Shown: positions 7,598 to 15,719 of the stretch, piece by piece
Position numbering within the stretch: the stretch's first letter is position 1
How the letters are laid out: every line of letters starts with the position of its first letter
Assembly: GCA_041742355.1 (NCBI GenBank)
Contig: JBGSIV010000221.1
Location: 1 to 16,955 of the forward strand
Reading direction: 5' to 3'
DNA length: 16,955 bases
Source of the DNA: Candidatus Zixiibacteriota bacterium
GTDB taxonomy: Bacteria > Zixibacteria > MSB-5A5 > GN15 > FEB-12
Notes under the pieces: generated by a model
What the model saw: only the letters and a program-made list of their open reading frames with translations
Databases searched by the model: none
What the model was told of the DNA's origin: nothing
Position numbers and translations under genes: made by a program

Positions 7598-7617
7598 CCC
7601 ACAGCTTGCTGTGGGAT
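7598..7617 (+). repeat. Family-B palindrome CCCACAGCTTGCTGTGGGAT
   Basis: Hairpin CCCACAGC-TT-GCTGTGGG; exact reverse complement of 9512-9531. Confidence 0.8.
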
Positions 7618-7704
7618 CCCCCAATCCGATCTGCACCCACCGACTTACACTAACATTGCGATTACACGGGAAGAAGAATTGTCTCGTCATTGTAGATAGA
7701 GCAA

Positions 7705-7713
7705 TGGTATAGT
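7705..7713 (+). promoter_or_regulatory. Possible extended -10 promoter element (TGgTATAGT)
   Basis: TGn-TATAGT about 25 nt upstream of ATG 7738 in an AT-rich divergent intergenic region; no well-spaced -35. Confidence 0.35.
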
Positions 7714-7737
7714 GGGATTAACAGCACGGAGGGAAAA

Positions 7738-8523
7738 ATGAAGAAACATTGGCGCATCCTGTGGATTACTATCCTCGGGCTTGGGTTCACGGTGGGAATT
7801 CCAGCGGCTGGTTTGACAAAGCCGATGCCGCCGGAGTACTTCGTCCTTGATGTCCGCGTGGACTCGTATGATCCTACCTCGGGTCGCGCGACTCTAAGCC
7901 TCGGCCTGAACTGGGGGAAGGACTTCACTTTCAGTTCAGACTGCAATAACGACATGACGGTCCGACTGAGCAACCTCGACGGTGTGCGGTACGCCGGTCC
8001 GGAAAGTTGGACCGTGCACATCGAACCCGGCGGCCCCATGGTCGAATCCCGGGCAGAAGTCATCCTTCCACCCGACGACACGGGCGGGTTGACAATTGCG
8101 TTGGAGTGCAACTCGGCCGGCTTCCCTTGGACAATGTACTTCATCGTATCGAGCGACCATGTTAGGGTCGTCGAGGGCGATCCCCGTAAATCATCGGACA
8201 GATTCTTCGTTCCTGACTCAGTCCAGACGAGGCTGCTGCAAGAAGAGATGGCGCGCCAGTTGGCTGAACAGCGCCGCCCAAAGACTCCCCCGCAGGAGGA
8301 CAGCCCACAGCAGACGATTATTTTCCCCGGCGATAGCGCCTTAGCCGATAGCCTCACTCTGGAAGGCAAGCGCCGGCTGGCGGCCATGCGCTTTCGAGAG
8401 CGCGAGCCCCTCGTGGGCGATGAGACCGAGACATGGTATATCGAGGGCCGCTGGTTCTTCCGGCTGCGCGGCGAACGCACCTTCCGCCGCATCTCCCCCC
8501 CCTTGCAAAATCCACCGAAATAG
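7738..8523 (+). CDS. Hypothetical exported protein, 261 aa
   Basis: SD GGAGG, signal peptide MKKHWRILWITILGLGFTVGIPAAG, beta-rich middle region with two Cys. No family recognised. Confidence 0.75.
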   Translation: MKKHWRILWITILGLGFTVGIPAAGLTKPMPPEYFVLDVRVDSYDPTSGRATLSLGLNWGKDFTFSSDCNNDMTVRLSNLDGVRYAGPESWTVHIEPGGPMVESRAEVILPPDDTGGLTIALECNSAGFPWTMYFIVSSDHVRVVEGDPRKSSDRFFVPDSVQTRLLQEEMARQLAEQRRPKTPPQEDSPQQTIIFPGDSALADSLTLEGKRRLAAMRFREREPLVGDETETWYIEGRWFFRLRGERTFRRISPPLQNPPK

Positions 8524-8575
8524 CCTATCTTCTCCCCACCAAACGACCCCCAAACCCATAACGAGGCCACACGCC

Positions 8576-9430
8576 GTGATCCGATATCTTATCGCCGCCC
8601 TGACCTTCGTCACCACTCTTTCCGCGTCGGCCGCCGACCAGGGAGACACGACTGTTATGAAACCCCAGCACTACTTTGTCCGCCTCCTCGGCACCCGCGA
8701 GGGGTGGCCCGACAACATGACCCCGCAGGAAGAACAGGTCATGTCCGACCACTTCGCCTACCTGAAAGACCTGACCGCCCGCAAGAAAGTTGTCTCCGCC
8801 GGCCCCGTGTTCACCACTCTACCTTTCGGCCTGATCATCCTGCAAACGACCTCGGAGTCTGAGGCCCGCGAAATCATGGCCGCCGAGCCTTCGGTCGTCG
8901 CCGGTGTTCATACATACGAAATGACCCCGATGGTCCTCTCCCTCCTGACCGACTACCGCTCCCCCTCTCGCTACGTCAAAAACCCCGGCGATCGCGCGAT
9001 CCGCAAAGAGGCGGTCATCCCCGCCCCGGTTGATTCCGTCTGGCATCTCTGGACCACCACCGACGGCCTCGAGTCCTTCCTCGCCGCCAAAGCGAATGTA
9101 GAACTCCGCCCCGGCGGGCCCTTCGAGATCTACTTCTCGATGGATGCCCCGGTCGGCCAGCGCGGCAGCGAGGACTGCAAGATCCTCAGCTACCTGCCCA
9201 ACCGCATGTTCTCCTTCGAATGGAACGCCCCGCCGACCTTCCCCACCCGCCGCGACTACGAACGCACCTGGGTGGTGCTTGAGTTCGACGCGGTCTCGGC
9301 GAACGAAACGAAACTTACGCTCACGCATCTCGGCTGGGGCGAAGGCGACGATTGGGACAACGTCTTCGCGTATTTCGACGCCGCCTGGGGACGCGTGCTG
9401 GAGCTTGCGCAGAAGCGGTTTGGGGGTTGA
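8576..9430 (+). CDS. YciI-like domain fused to an SRPBCC (AHSA1/START-like) domain, with putative signal peptide
   Basis: N-terminal domain MSDHFAYLKDL...VVSAGPV...GLIIL...EAREIMAAEPSVVAGV is YciI-like. C-terminal domain IPAPVDSVWHLWTT...VELRPGGPF...FSFEW...TKLTLTHLGW...AAWGRVL is SRPBCC-like. GTG 8576 with GAGG upstream; alternative ATG at 8657. Confidence 0.85.
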   Translation: MIRYLIAALTFVTTLSASAADQGDTTVMKPQHYFVRLLGTREGWPDNMTPQEEQVMSDHFAYLKDLTARKKVVSAGPVFTTLPFGLIILQTTSESEAREIMAAEPSVVAGVHTYEMTPMVLSLLTDYRSPSRYVKNPGDRAIRKEAVIPAPVDSVWHLWTTTDGLESFLAAKANVELRPGGPFEIYFSMDAPVGQRGSEDCKILSYLPNRMFSFEWNAPPTFPTRRDYERTWVVLEFDAVSANETKLTLTHLGWGEGDDWDNVFAYFDAAWGRVLELAQKRFGG

Positions 9431-9467
9431 GAGGTTCCTGCGAATTTTGTTGGGTGGAGTTAATGAT

Positions 9468-9531
9468 GGCAGGAGTCTGAGGGACTCCCGCCCTACAATT
9501 CGCATTCGCCGATCCCACAGCAAGCTGTGGG
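9468..9531 (-). repeat. Composite repeat (inverted copy): family-B hairpin + 15 nt + family-A GTAG REP
   Basis: Reverse complement reads CCCACAGCTTGCTGTGGGAT-CGGCGAATGCGAATT-GTAGGGCGGGAGTCCCTCAGACTCCTGCC. Confidence 0.85.
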
Positions 9532-9557
9532 CGACCCAGCCTGTGGACGAGCAGCGT

Positions 9558-9590
9558 GTCATTGCGAGCGCAGCGAAGCAATCTCTCCTC
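9558..9590 (+). repeat. Family-C repeat GTCATTGCGAGCGCAGCGAAGCAATCTCTCCTC (solo arm)
   Basis: Matches 15479-15511 at 32 of 33 positions. Confidence 0.85.
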
Positions 9591-9621
9591 GCTTCTGGAT
9601 CTTCTACCCCACCTTCGATAG

Positions 9622-9627
9622 TATAAT
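9622..9627 (+). promoter_or_regulatory. Possible -10 box (TATAAT) upstream of the alpha-2-macroglobulin gene
   Basis: Consensus TATAAT about 100 nt before ATG 9728 in GC-rich DNA; no clear -35. Confidence 0.35.
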
Positions 9628-9727
9628 CTACAAACTTGTGTCGCGGCGAAGGAGCGCATCATATTGAGCCGCCGTCTATACTCATGGGACCGGACCACCC
9701 GTCCGCTCCCGGCATCAGGAGGATGTT

Positions 9728-12700
9728 ATGCGCTTCGCTATCCCGACGCTCTCTGGCCGCCGCCCGACCCCGCTTCTGCTCGTGTCGGTCATCTGCATCA
9801 TCGCCCTCGCTTCCGCCCTCACCCTCTGGGCTCAGCGCGACAACGCCGATGAACGCTTCGCCAAAGTCAAAGAATTCCGCCCCCAGAACGCCACCGACCC
9901 GCGCACGAACATCACTATCCGCTTCTCGTCTGACCTCGTCAGCAAAGACATTCTCGACCAACCCCTGCCCGAATCACCGGTGCAGTTCGACCCTCCTCTT
10001 GATGGCGTCGCCCGCTTCGTCGAGACCGACCTCCTGCGCTTCTTCCCCGATGCCCCGCTCGCCCCGGCCACCGAGTACACCGCCCGCGTGAGTTCCGACC
10101 GCACCTGGGCCGACGGCCGGACCATCTCCGACAACCGCGCCTTCAAGTTCAGCACCCACCCGCTGGCCGTCACCAGTGTCTCCTCCTACACTGTCGCGGC
10201 CGACGACGCCCCGGGCAAGATCCGCATCTACGCCGACATCCGTTTCAACTACCCGGTCAATGTCGAGGATCTCCGTTCGCGTACGACGATCACCGGCAAG
10301 CAGAATGCCACCGTGGGAGAGCTCACGTTCGACCTCCTCGGCACGACCAACACCCAGACTGGCAACGAACCCCAGCCGGTCGACGCCGACGGCCGCGCGG
10401 CCGTCGCCGACATCATCTCCATTGCATCCTCGCCGATCGATGCCGCCGATGTCGAACAGATCTACCTGATCACAATCGGCGCCGGGATCGATTGCCCCAA
10501 CTGCGGCCAGCCGCTGAAACAAGCTTACACCTCCGATATCGTCATCCCCCCCCGCGAACGCTTTGTCGTCCACAGTGTCGAGTCCCAGCCCGAAGGCGTG
10601 CGCGGCTCAATCGCCATTTACTTCTCCACGTTCGTGACTGTCGACCGCGCCGACCAGTTCATCACGGTCGACCCGAAAGTCGATTTCAAGATCGAGCCGC
10701 AGTGGAACACCCTCCTGCTGCGCGGCGATTTCGTGCCGGGCCAGACCTACACCGTCTCGGTCGAGCGGGGCCTCCCCTCCCAGGCCGGTACAGCCCTCGA
10801 AGACGATTTCTCCGGCCGCGTAACCATCCGCGACATCCCCCCGACCGTCCTCTTCCGCTCGCCGGGAATCTACCTCCCGCGCACCGGCAGCGGTCTGCTG
10901 GAGATTGAAACGATCAATCTCGACAGCATCAGCGTCGAAATCCAGCAGGTCTTCGCCAACAACCTCGTCTACGCCTTCGCCGGCGGCCATACCGAATCGT
11001 CGCCGTGGCGAGGCGCCGATATGAGCGCCGTCGGCCGCCGCACCTTCATCGCAACCAAAACCCTTCTCGGCGAGAGAAACCAGAAGCTCTCCACCACGGT
11101 CGACGTACGCGGTATTATCAGCGACACCGCCCGCGGCATCTACAAAATCTCCGCCCGCGCCGCCAACCAGCGCTGGGTCGCTGACTCCCGCCTCGCCATG
11201 CTCACCGACCTCGGCATCAGCGCCCGCATGTCCGGCGACTACCTCATGGTCTGGGTCAACCGCCTGTCGACCGTCGAGCCGGTCCGCAACGCCGATATCC
11301 GCCTCTACAGCAAGAACAACCAGGTGCTCCTCTCCGGCCGCACCGACACCCGCGGCCTGGCTGTGTTCGAAGAGATCAGCAGCAAGATCGAGGGATTCGA
11401 ACCGTATCTCATCACCGTCGAATCCGACAACGACCTCTCCTACCTGCGCTTCTCCGAGACACAGATCGAACTGGCCGATTTCGATGTCAAGGGCCGCCCG
11501 TTTATGACCCGCGGCCACGAAGCCTTCGTCTACACCGACCGCGGCGTCTACCGCCCGGGCGAAACCGCCCATCTCGTCGCCCTCGTGCGCAACCCCGGCG
11601 GCGACCTGCCCGATGATTTCCCGTACTTCCTGAATGTGAAAGACCCCTCCGGCCGCGACTTCCAAACCTATCGCCTGAGCACCGGCAAAACCGGTTTCAG
11701 CGTGGTGGACATGGCCATCCCCGACTACGCCCGCACCGGCAAGTACACCGTCGTCGCCCGCATCGGCGAGGACCTCGAAATCGGCCGCACCGACATCCAG
11801 GTCGAGGAGTTCGTGCCCGATCGCATTGCCGTGAACGTCAGCACGCCGAAAGCCGAGTATGCAACCGGGGAAGTGGTCCCGATCAGCGTGAAGGGAGACT
11901 TCCTCTTCGGCCCGCCCGCCGCCGGCCAGCAGGTGACCGGACGCGTGCATATCGAGAACCACTCCTTCGCACCCGACAGCTACACGCGGTTCAACTTCAC
12001 CGACTCGCAGCGCAAGTTCGCCACCCGCACCGAGAACCTCCCCGAGGCTTTGCTGGACAACGATGGTCGCTACACCTACAACTTCAGCATTCCCGGCGGC
12101 CTCACGCCCCCCTCCGCGCTCAAAGCCCTCGTCGGCGCATCCGTGTCCGAGCAGGGCGGCCGCGCCGTCAGCGGCTATCGCGAGCTGATCATCCACCCCT
12201 ACCCGCGCTACCTCGGCGTCCGCCTCGGTTTCGAGGGATATGCCAAACCCGGCGAACCCTGCACCGTCGACCTGATCGCACTGACCCCCGGCGGGCAGCC
12301 GGTCTCCCTCACCGGCGCCGCCGCTCGCCTCTACCGGGTGGTATACAACACGATCCTCACCCGCGACCGCTCCGGCTACTACCGCTACCGGTCCGAGCGT
12401 AGCGAAACGCTGCTCGACGAAAAGAAGGTCGACATCACCGCCACCGGGGCAACCGTCTCCTTCACCCCGCCCGACCACGGCCGGTACCGCGTCGCCATCA
12501 TCGATCCGTTCGGCGGCCACACCACCGATGCCGCATTCTATGCCTCCGGCTGGGGCTACGCGCCGTGGTCCATGGAACAACCCGAACGCATCGAGATCGG
12601 ACTCGACAAGGACACCTACCGCCCGGGCGACAACGCCCTCGTGCAGATTCGAGCCCCCTTCGGCGGCAAACTGCTCGTGACCGTCGAGAAACAGACCGTG

Positions 12701-15208
12701 CTTGAGACCTTCGTCGTCGACATGACCGACAACACCGCCGAACTCCCGATCAAAATCAAGGAGAGCTTCTTCCCCAACGCCTACATCACCGCGACCGTGA
12801 TCAAGCCGGCCGACCAGGTCGACCGCACCTCTCCGGCCCGCGCCTTCGGCATCGCTCCGGTGCTGTTGTCGAAAGAAGGTCGCAGCCTCAATGTCAAGAT
12901 CGAGGCCCCGGCCGTGATGAAACCGAGGCAGACGCTCACCGTCGGAATCGATGTCGGCGCGCCGGGCATTTCGCACGTGACACTGGCGGCAGTCGACGCC
13001 GGCATTCTCCAACTGACCGGTTTCACCACCCCCGACCCGCTGACCTGGTTCTACGGCCAGCGCGCCCCCGCCCTGCGGCCGTATGACATCTACTCGTTCA
13101 TCTACCCGAACATCACCGCCGCCGAGAGCCACCTCTCCCCCGGCGGCGACCGCTACTTCGATGCCGCACGGAAGCGCCACCTCAACCCGTTTGCCGCGAT
13201 GCGTGTCAAACCGGTCGCCCTCTGGTCGGGGCTCGTGACTACCGATGCGAACGGCGTTGCGACCGTCAGCTTCGACATCCCCGCCTTCAACGGCCGCCTC
13301 GTCCTCATGGCGGTCGCCGCGCAGCGCGACAAATTCGGCTCGGCAACACGCGAGGTGACCGTCCGCGAAAATATCATCGTGCAGGAGAGCTTTCCCCGCT
13401 TCGTCGCCCCGAACGATGCCGTGTCCGGCCTCGCGACCATCTTCAACAATAGCGGCGAACCCCGCGAGGTCACCCTGCAGCTCGAACTCACCGGCCCCGC
13501 GCAGGTGGTCGGCAGCAACGTCCGCACCGTCACTATCCCCGACAACAGCGACCGCAGTGTCGTTATCCCCTTCAAAGCCGGCCTCGAACCCGGCGTTATC
13601 GGCGTCCGCCTGCGCGCAACCTCCGGGATCGATCAGACCGAAGTCGCCTTCGACCTCCCCAACCGCCCGGCGCTGCCGCTCGTGACGAAATTCGGCTCCG
13701 GCGCAATCACCGGCGCCACCGCCGCCCGTATTGCTACGCCGACTGACTTCATCCCGCGCACCACGCGCTTCCTGCTCCAGACTTCCTCACTGAGCTCGGC
13801 ACAGTTCAAGCGCAACCTCGACTATCTGCTCGGTTACCCCTACGGCTGCGTCGAACAGACCACCTCGCGCGTCTTCCCGCTGCTCTACTTCGAATCGCTC
13901 GCGCGGTTCGCCGACCCTGACCTGCTCGGCGGCAATGCCGCCGACTACTTCGTTCAGGAGGGCGTGCGCCGCCTGCAGGCGATGGCCCGCGCCGACGGCT
14001 CCTTCACCTTCTGGCCCGACGGCGACAAAGTGAATCTCTGGACCAGCGTCTACGCCGGCCACTTCCTCCTTGAAGCCCGCCGCGCCGGATATGTGGTCGA
14101 TGACAAGGTGTACGAGTCCGTCCGGCGACGCCTGCACTCGTGGGCGCGCGGCCGCGACCTCACCTCCGACGATCTCCCGGTGCGCGCCTACGCCGCGTAC
14201 GCACTCGCCTCGACCGAACAGCTCGACCGCAAGGCCCTGAATGAGCTGCGCCAGGTTCCGGTCGGCTCGCTGCCGCAGTATGCGAAATTCCACCTCGCCG
14301 GGGCGCTGGCGTTGGCCGGCGATCGCACCGCCGCCTTCGCGATCATCGATCCGCTCGACAAACAGCCGGCCGAATTCGCGCCCGAAACCGGAGGCCACCT
14401 CAACTCGGGAATTCGCACCAACGCGATCATGCTCGAGGTCCTCACCCGCCTCGATCCGGAAAACCCCTCGGCCGCGGTGCTCGCCCGCGATCTGATCGAG
14501 GACGCCCGCCTCGGCCGCTGGTACTCGACCCAGGAGAACGCCTTCGCCCTCATGGCGCTCGGACGGTACCTCGAAGGCCGCAAGCCGGCCTCGTACACCG
14601 GGACCGTCCGCATCGACAACGACAGCACGGTGCAATTCACCGAGAAGGACTTCAAACTGGTCCGCGAGAATTTCGTTGGCCGCGACATCGAGCTCACGAT
14701 CACCGGCGACGGCCCCTGCTTCTATTACTGGCAACTCTCCGGCGTCCCCGCCACCCAGGCCGCCGAGGAGTTCTCGCGCGGGATCAAAGTCATTCGGCAA
14801 TACCTCGACGCCGACGGCAACCCGCTGCTCCTCGATAGTGTCGCCCTCGGACGGCAGGTCATTTGCCGCCTCGAGGTGACCGCGCAGCAGGGTCCGCTGT
14901 TCAATGTCGTCGTCAACGACCTCATTCCCGCCGGGTTCGCCATCGAGAATCCGCGCCTGAAAACTTCGCCGCGCCTGTCGTGGATCCCGGCCGAGGACGC
15001 GACCATCACGCATGCCGACATTCGCGACGACCGCGTGCTCCTGTTTGTGGATCTCCCGGGCGAACGGACAATCCGGTACCATTACTCGTTGCGGGCGGTG
15101 TCGGCCGGGGAGTTCGTGGTGCCTCCGGTGTCGGCGGAGTGCATGTACAACCCGACCATCGCCGGCGCATCGTCATCCGGCCGCCTGGTCATCCGCCGCG
15201 ACGAGTAG
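9728..15208 (+). CDS. yfhM: Bacterial alpha-2-macroglobulin (YfhM/ECAM type), 1826 aa
   Basis: Motifs YTDRGVYRPGE, VEEFVPDRI, TLAAVDAGILQLT, thioester YPYGCVEQTTS (CxEQ at 13847-13858), YSTQENA and C-terminal DIRDDRV...YSLRAVSAGEFVVPP..ECMYNP. SD AGGAGG; followed by pbpC. Confidence 0.96.
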   Translation: MRFAIPTLSGRRPTPLLLVSVICIIALASALTLWAQRDNADERFAKVKEFRPQNATDPRTNITIRFSSDLVSKDILDQPLPESPVQFDPPLDGVARFVETDLLRFFPDAPLAPATEYTARVSSDRTWADGRTISDNRAFKFSTHPLAVTSVSSYTVAADDAPGKIRIYADIRFNYPVNVEDLRSRTTITGKQNATVGELTFDLLGTTNTQTGNEPQPVDADGRAAVADIISIASSPIDAADVEQIYLITIGAGIDCPNCGQPLKQAYTSDIVIPPRERFVVHSVESQPEGVRGSIAIYFSTFVTVDRADQFITVDPKVDFKIEPQWNTLLLRGDFVPGQTYTVSVERGLPSQAGTALEDDFSGRVTIRDIPPTVLFRSPGIYLPRTGSGLLEIETINLDSISVEIQQVFANNLVYAFAGGHTESSPWRGADMSAVGRRTFIATKTLLGERNQKLSTTVDVRGIISDTARGIYKISARAANQRWVADSRLAMLTDLGISARMSGDYLMVWVNRLSTVEPVRNADIRLYSKNNQVLLSGRTDTRGLAVFEEISSKIEGFEPYLITVESDNDLSYLRFSETQIELADFDVKGRPFMTRGHEAFVYTDRGVYRPGETAHLVALVRNPGGDLPDDFPYFLNVKDPSGRDFQTYRLSTGKTGFSVVDMAIPDYARTGKYTVVARIGEDLEIGRTDIQVEEFVPDRIAVNVSTPKAEYATGEVVPISVKGDFLFGPPAAGQQVTGRVHIENHSFAPDSYTRFNFTDSQRKFATRTENLPEALLDNDGRYTYNFSIPGGLTPPSALKALVGASVSEQGGRAVSGYRELIIHPYPRYLGVRLGFEGYAKPGEPCTVDLIALTPGGQPVSLTGAAARLYRVVYNTILTRDRSGYYRYRSERSETLLDEKKVDITATGATVSFTPPDHGRYRVAIIDPFGGHTTDAAFYASGWGYAPWSMEQPERIEIGLDKDTYRPGDNALVQIRAPFGGKLLVTVEKQTVLETFVVDMTDNTAELPIKIKESFFPNAYITATVIKPADQVDRTSPARAFGIAPVLLSKEGRSLNVKIEAPAVMKPRQTLTVGIDVGAPGISHVTLAAVDAGILQLTGFTTPDPLTWFYGQRAPALRPYDIYSFIYPNITAAESHLSPGGDRYFDAARKRHLNPFAAMRVKPVALWSGLVTTDANGVATVSFDIPAFNGRLVLMAVAAQRDKFGSATREVTVRENIIVQESFPRFVAPNDAVSGLATIFNNSGEPREVTLQLELTGPAQVVGSNVRTVTIPDNSDRSVVIPFKAGLEPGVIGVRLRATSGIDQTEVAFDLPNRPALPLVTKFGSGAITGATAARIATPTDFIPRTTRFLLQTSSLSSAQFKRNLDYLLGYPYGCVEQTTSRVFPLLYFESLARFADPDLLGGNAADYFVQEGVRRLQAMARADGSFTFWPDGDKVNLWTSVYAGHFLLEARRAGYVVDDKVYESVRRRLHSWARGRDLTSDDLPVRAYAAYALASTEQLDRKALNELRQVPVGSLPQYAKFHLAGALALAGDRTAAFAIIDPLDKQPAEFAPETGGHLNSGIRTNAIMLEVLTRLDPENPSAAVLARDLIEDARLGRWYSTQENAFALMALGRYLEGRKPASYTGTVRIDNDSTVQFTEKDFKLVRENFVGRDIELTITGDGPCFYYWQLSGVPATQAAEEFSRGIKVIRQYLDADGNPLLLDSVALGRQVICRLEVTAQQGPLFNVVVNDLIPAGFAIENPRLKTSPRLSWIPAEDATITHADIRDDRVLLFVDLPGERTIRYHYSLRAVSAGEFVVPPVSAECMYNPTIAGASSSGRLVIRRDE

Positions 15209-15711
15209 ATGAGTAGATCAGGCTCCTTGGAGTAGATCACCGAGTAGGTCAGGCTCCATGGAGCCTGACAAAAGAGAACTGGGAATGACACGTAGGTCGG
15301 GTTCCGAGGAGCGAAGCTCCGAGAAACCCGACGCACTGACGGGAGACTGAATCGGCGGTAGGTCCAACCCACCTCTGCACCTGTGCCCCGGACATGCTCT
15401 GAGTGTCCGGGCCGAAACAAGACGACGCCCAGACCATGTCATCCCTGCGAAAGGGCCTGTTGAAAAAGTCTATGACTAGTCATTGCGAGCACAGCGAAGC
15501 AATCTCTCCTCTGGCCAAGACGCTGGTACGAAGAGAGATTGCTTCGTCGCTTCGCTCCTCGCAATGACTGCCAACAGCCGCGCTCGGGGCTTTTCAACAG
15601 GCCCGAAAGCAGGGATCCAGTCTTCGCCTTTGTGCCACAGACACGCAAAGCGTGTCCGCGCGGTTTCGAAAGAGCAGCAATTCGTGGTGTCAGGTGACCC
15701 CACCTGACACC
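15203..15711. repeat. Dense mosaic array of REP-like palindromes between yfhM and pbpC
   Basis: GAGTAGAT x3 (15203, 15211, 15230); GTAG-GTCAGGCTCCATGGAGCCTGAC (15244-15269); GTAG-GTCGGGTT...AACCCGAC (15292-15332); two 31-nt TGTGCC..GACA-N9-TGTCCG units (15382-15412, 15631-15661); a split ATCCCTGC/GCAGGGAT REP (15438-15619); GGTGTCAGGTG-ACCC-CACCTGACACC (15686-15711). Confidence 0.85.
15453..15604. mobile_element. 152-bp MITE (non-autonomous IS derivative)
   Basis: Perfect 14-bp terminal inverted repeats GGGCCTGTTGAAAA (15453-15466) / TTTTCAACAGGCCC (15591-15604), flanked by the direct repeat GAAA (15449-15452 and 15605-15608). No transposase. Confidence 0.88.
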
Positions 15712-15719
15712 TCTTTGGA

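Noticed and set aside
10607..15082. Long minus-strand ORFs (857 aa and 431 aa)
   Set aside because: Antisense shadows of the alpha-2-macroglobulin gene.
15203..15711. CRISPR array or integron attC cassette array
   Set aside because: The repeats are heterogeneous and irregularly spaced, with no constant repeat/unique spacer period, no consistent RYYYAAC/GTTRRRY ends, and no cas or integrase gene in the window.
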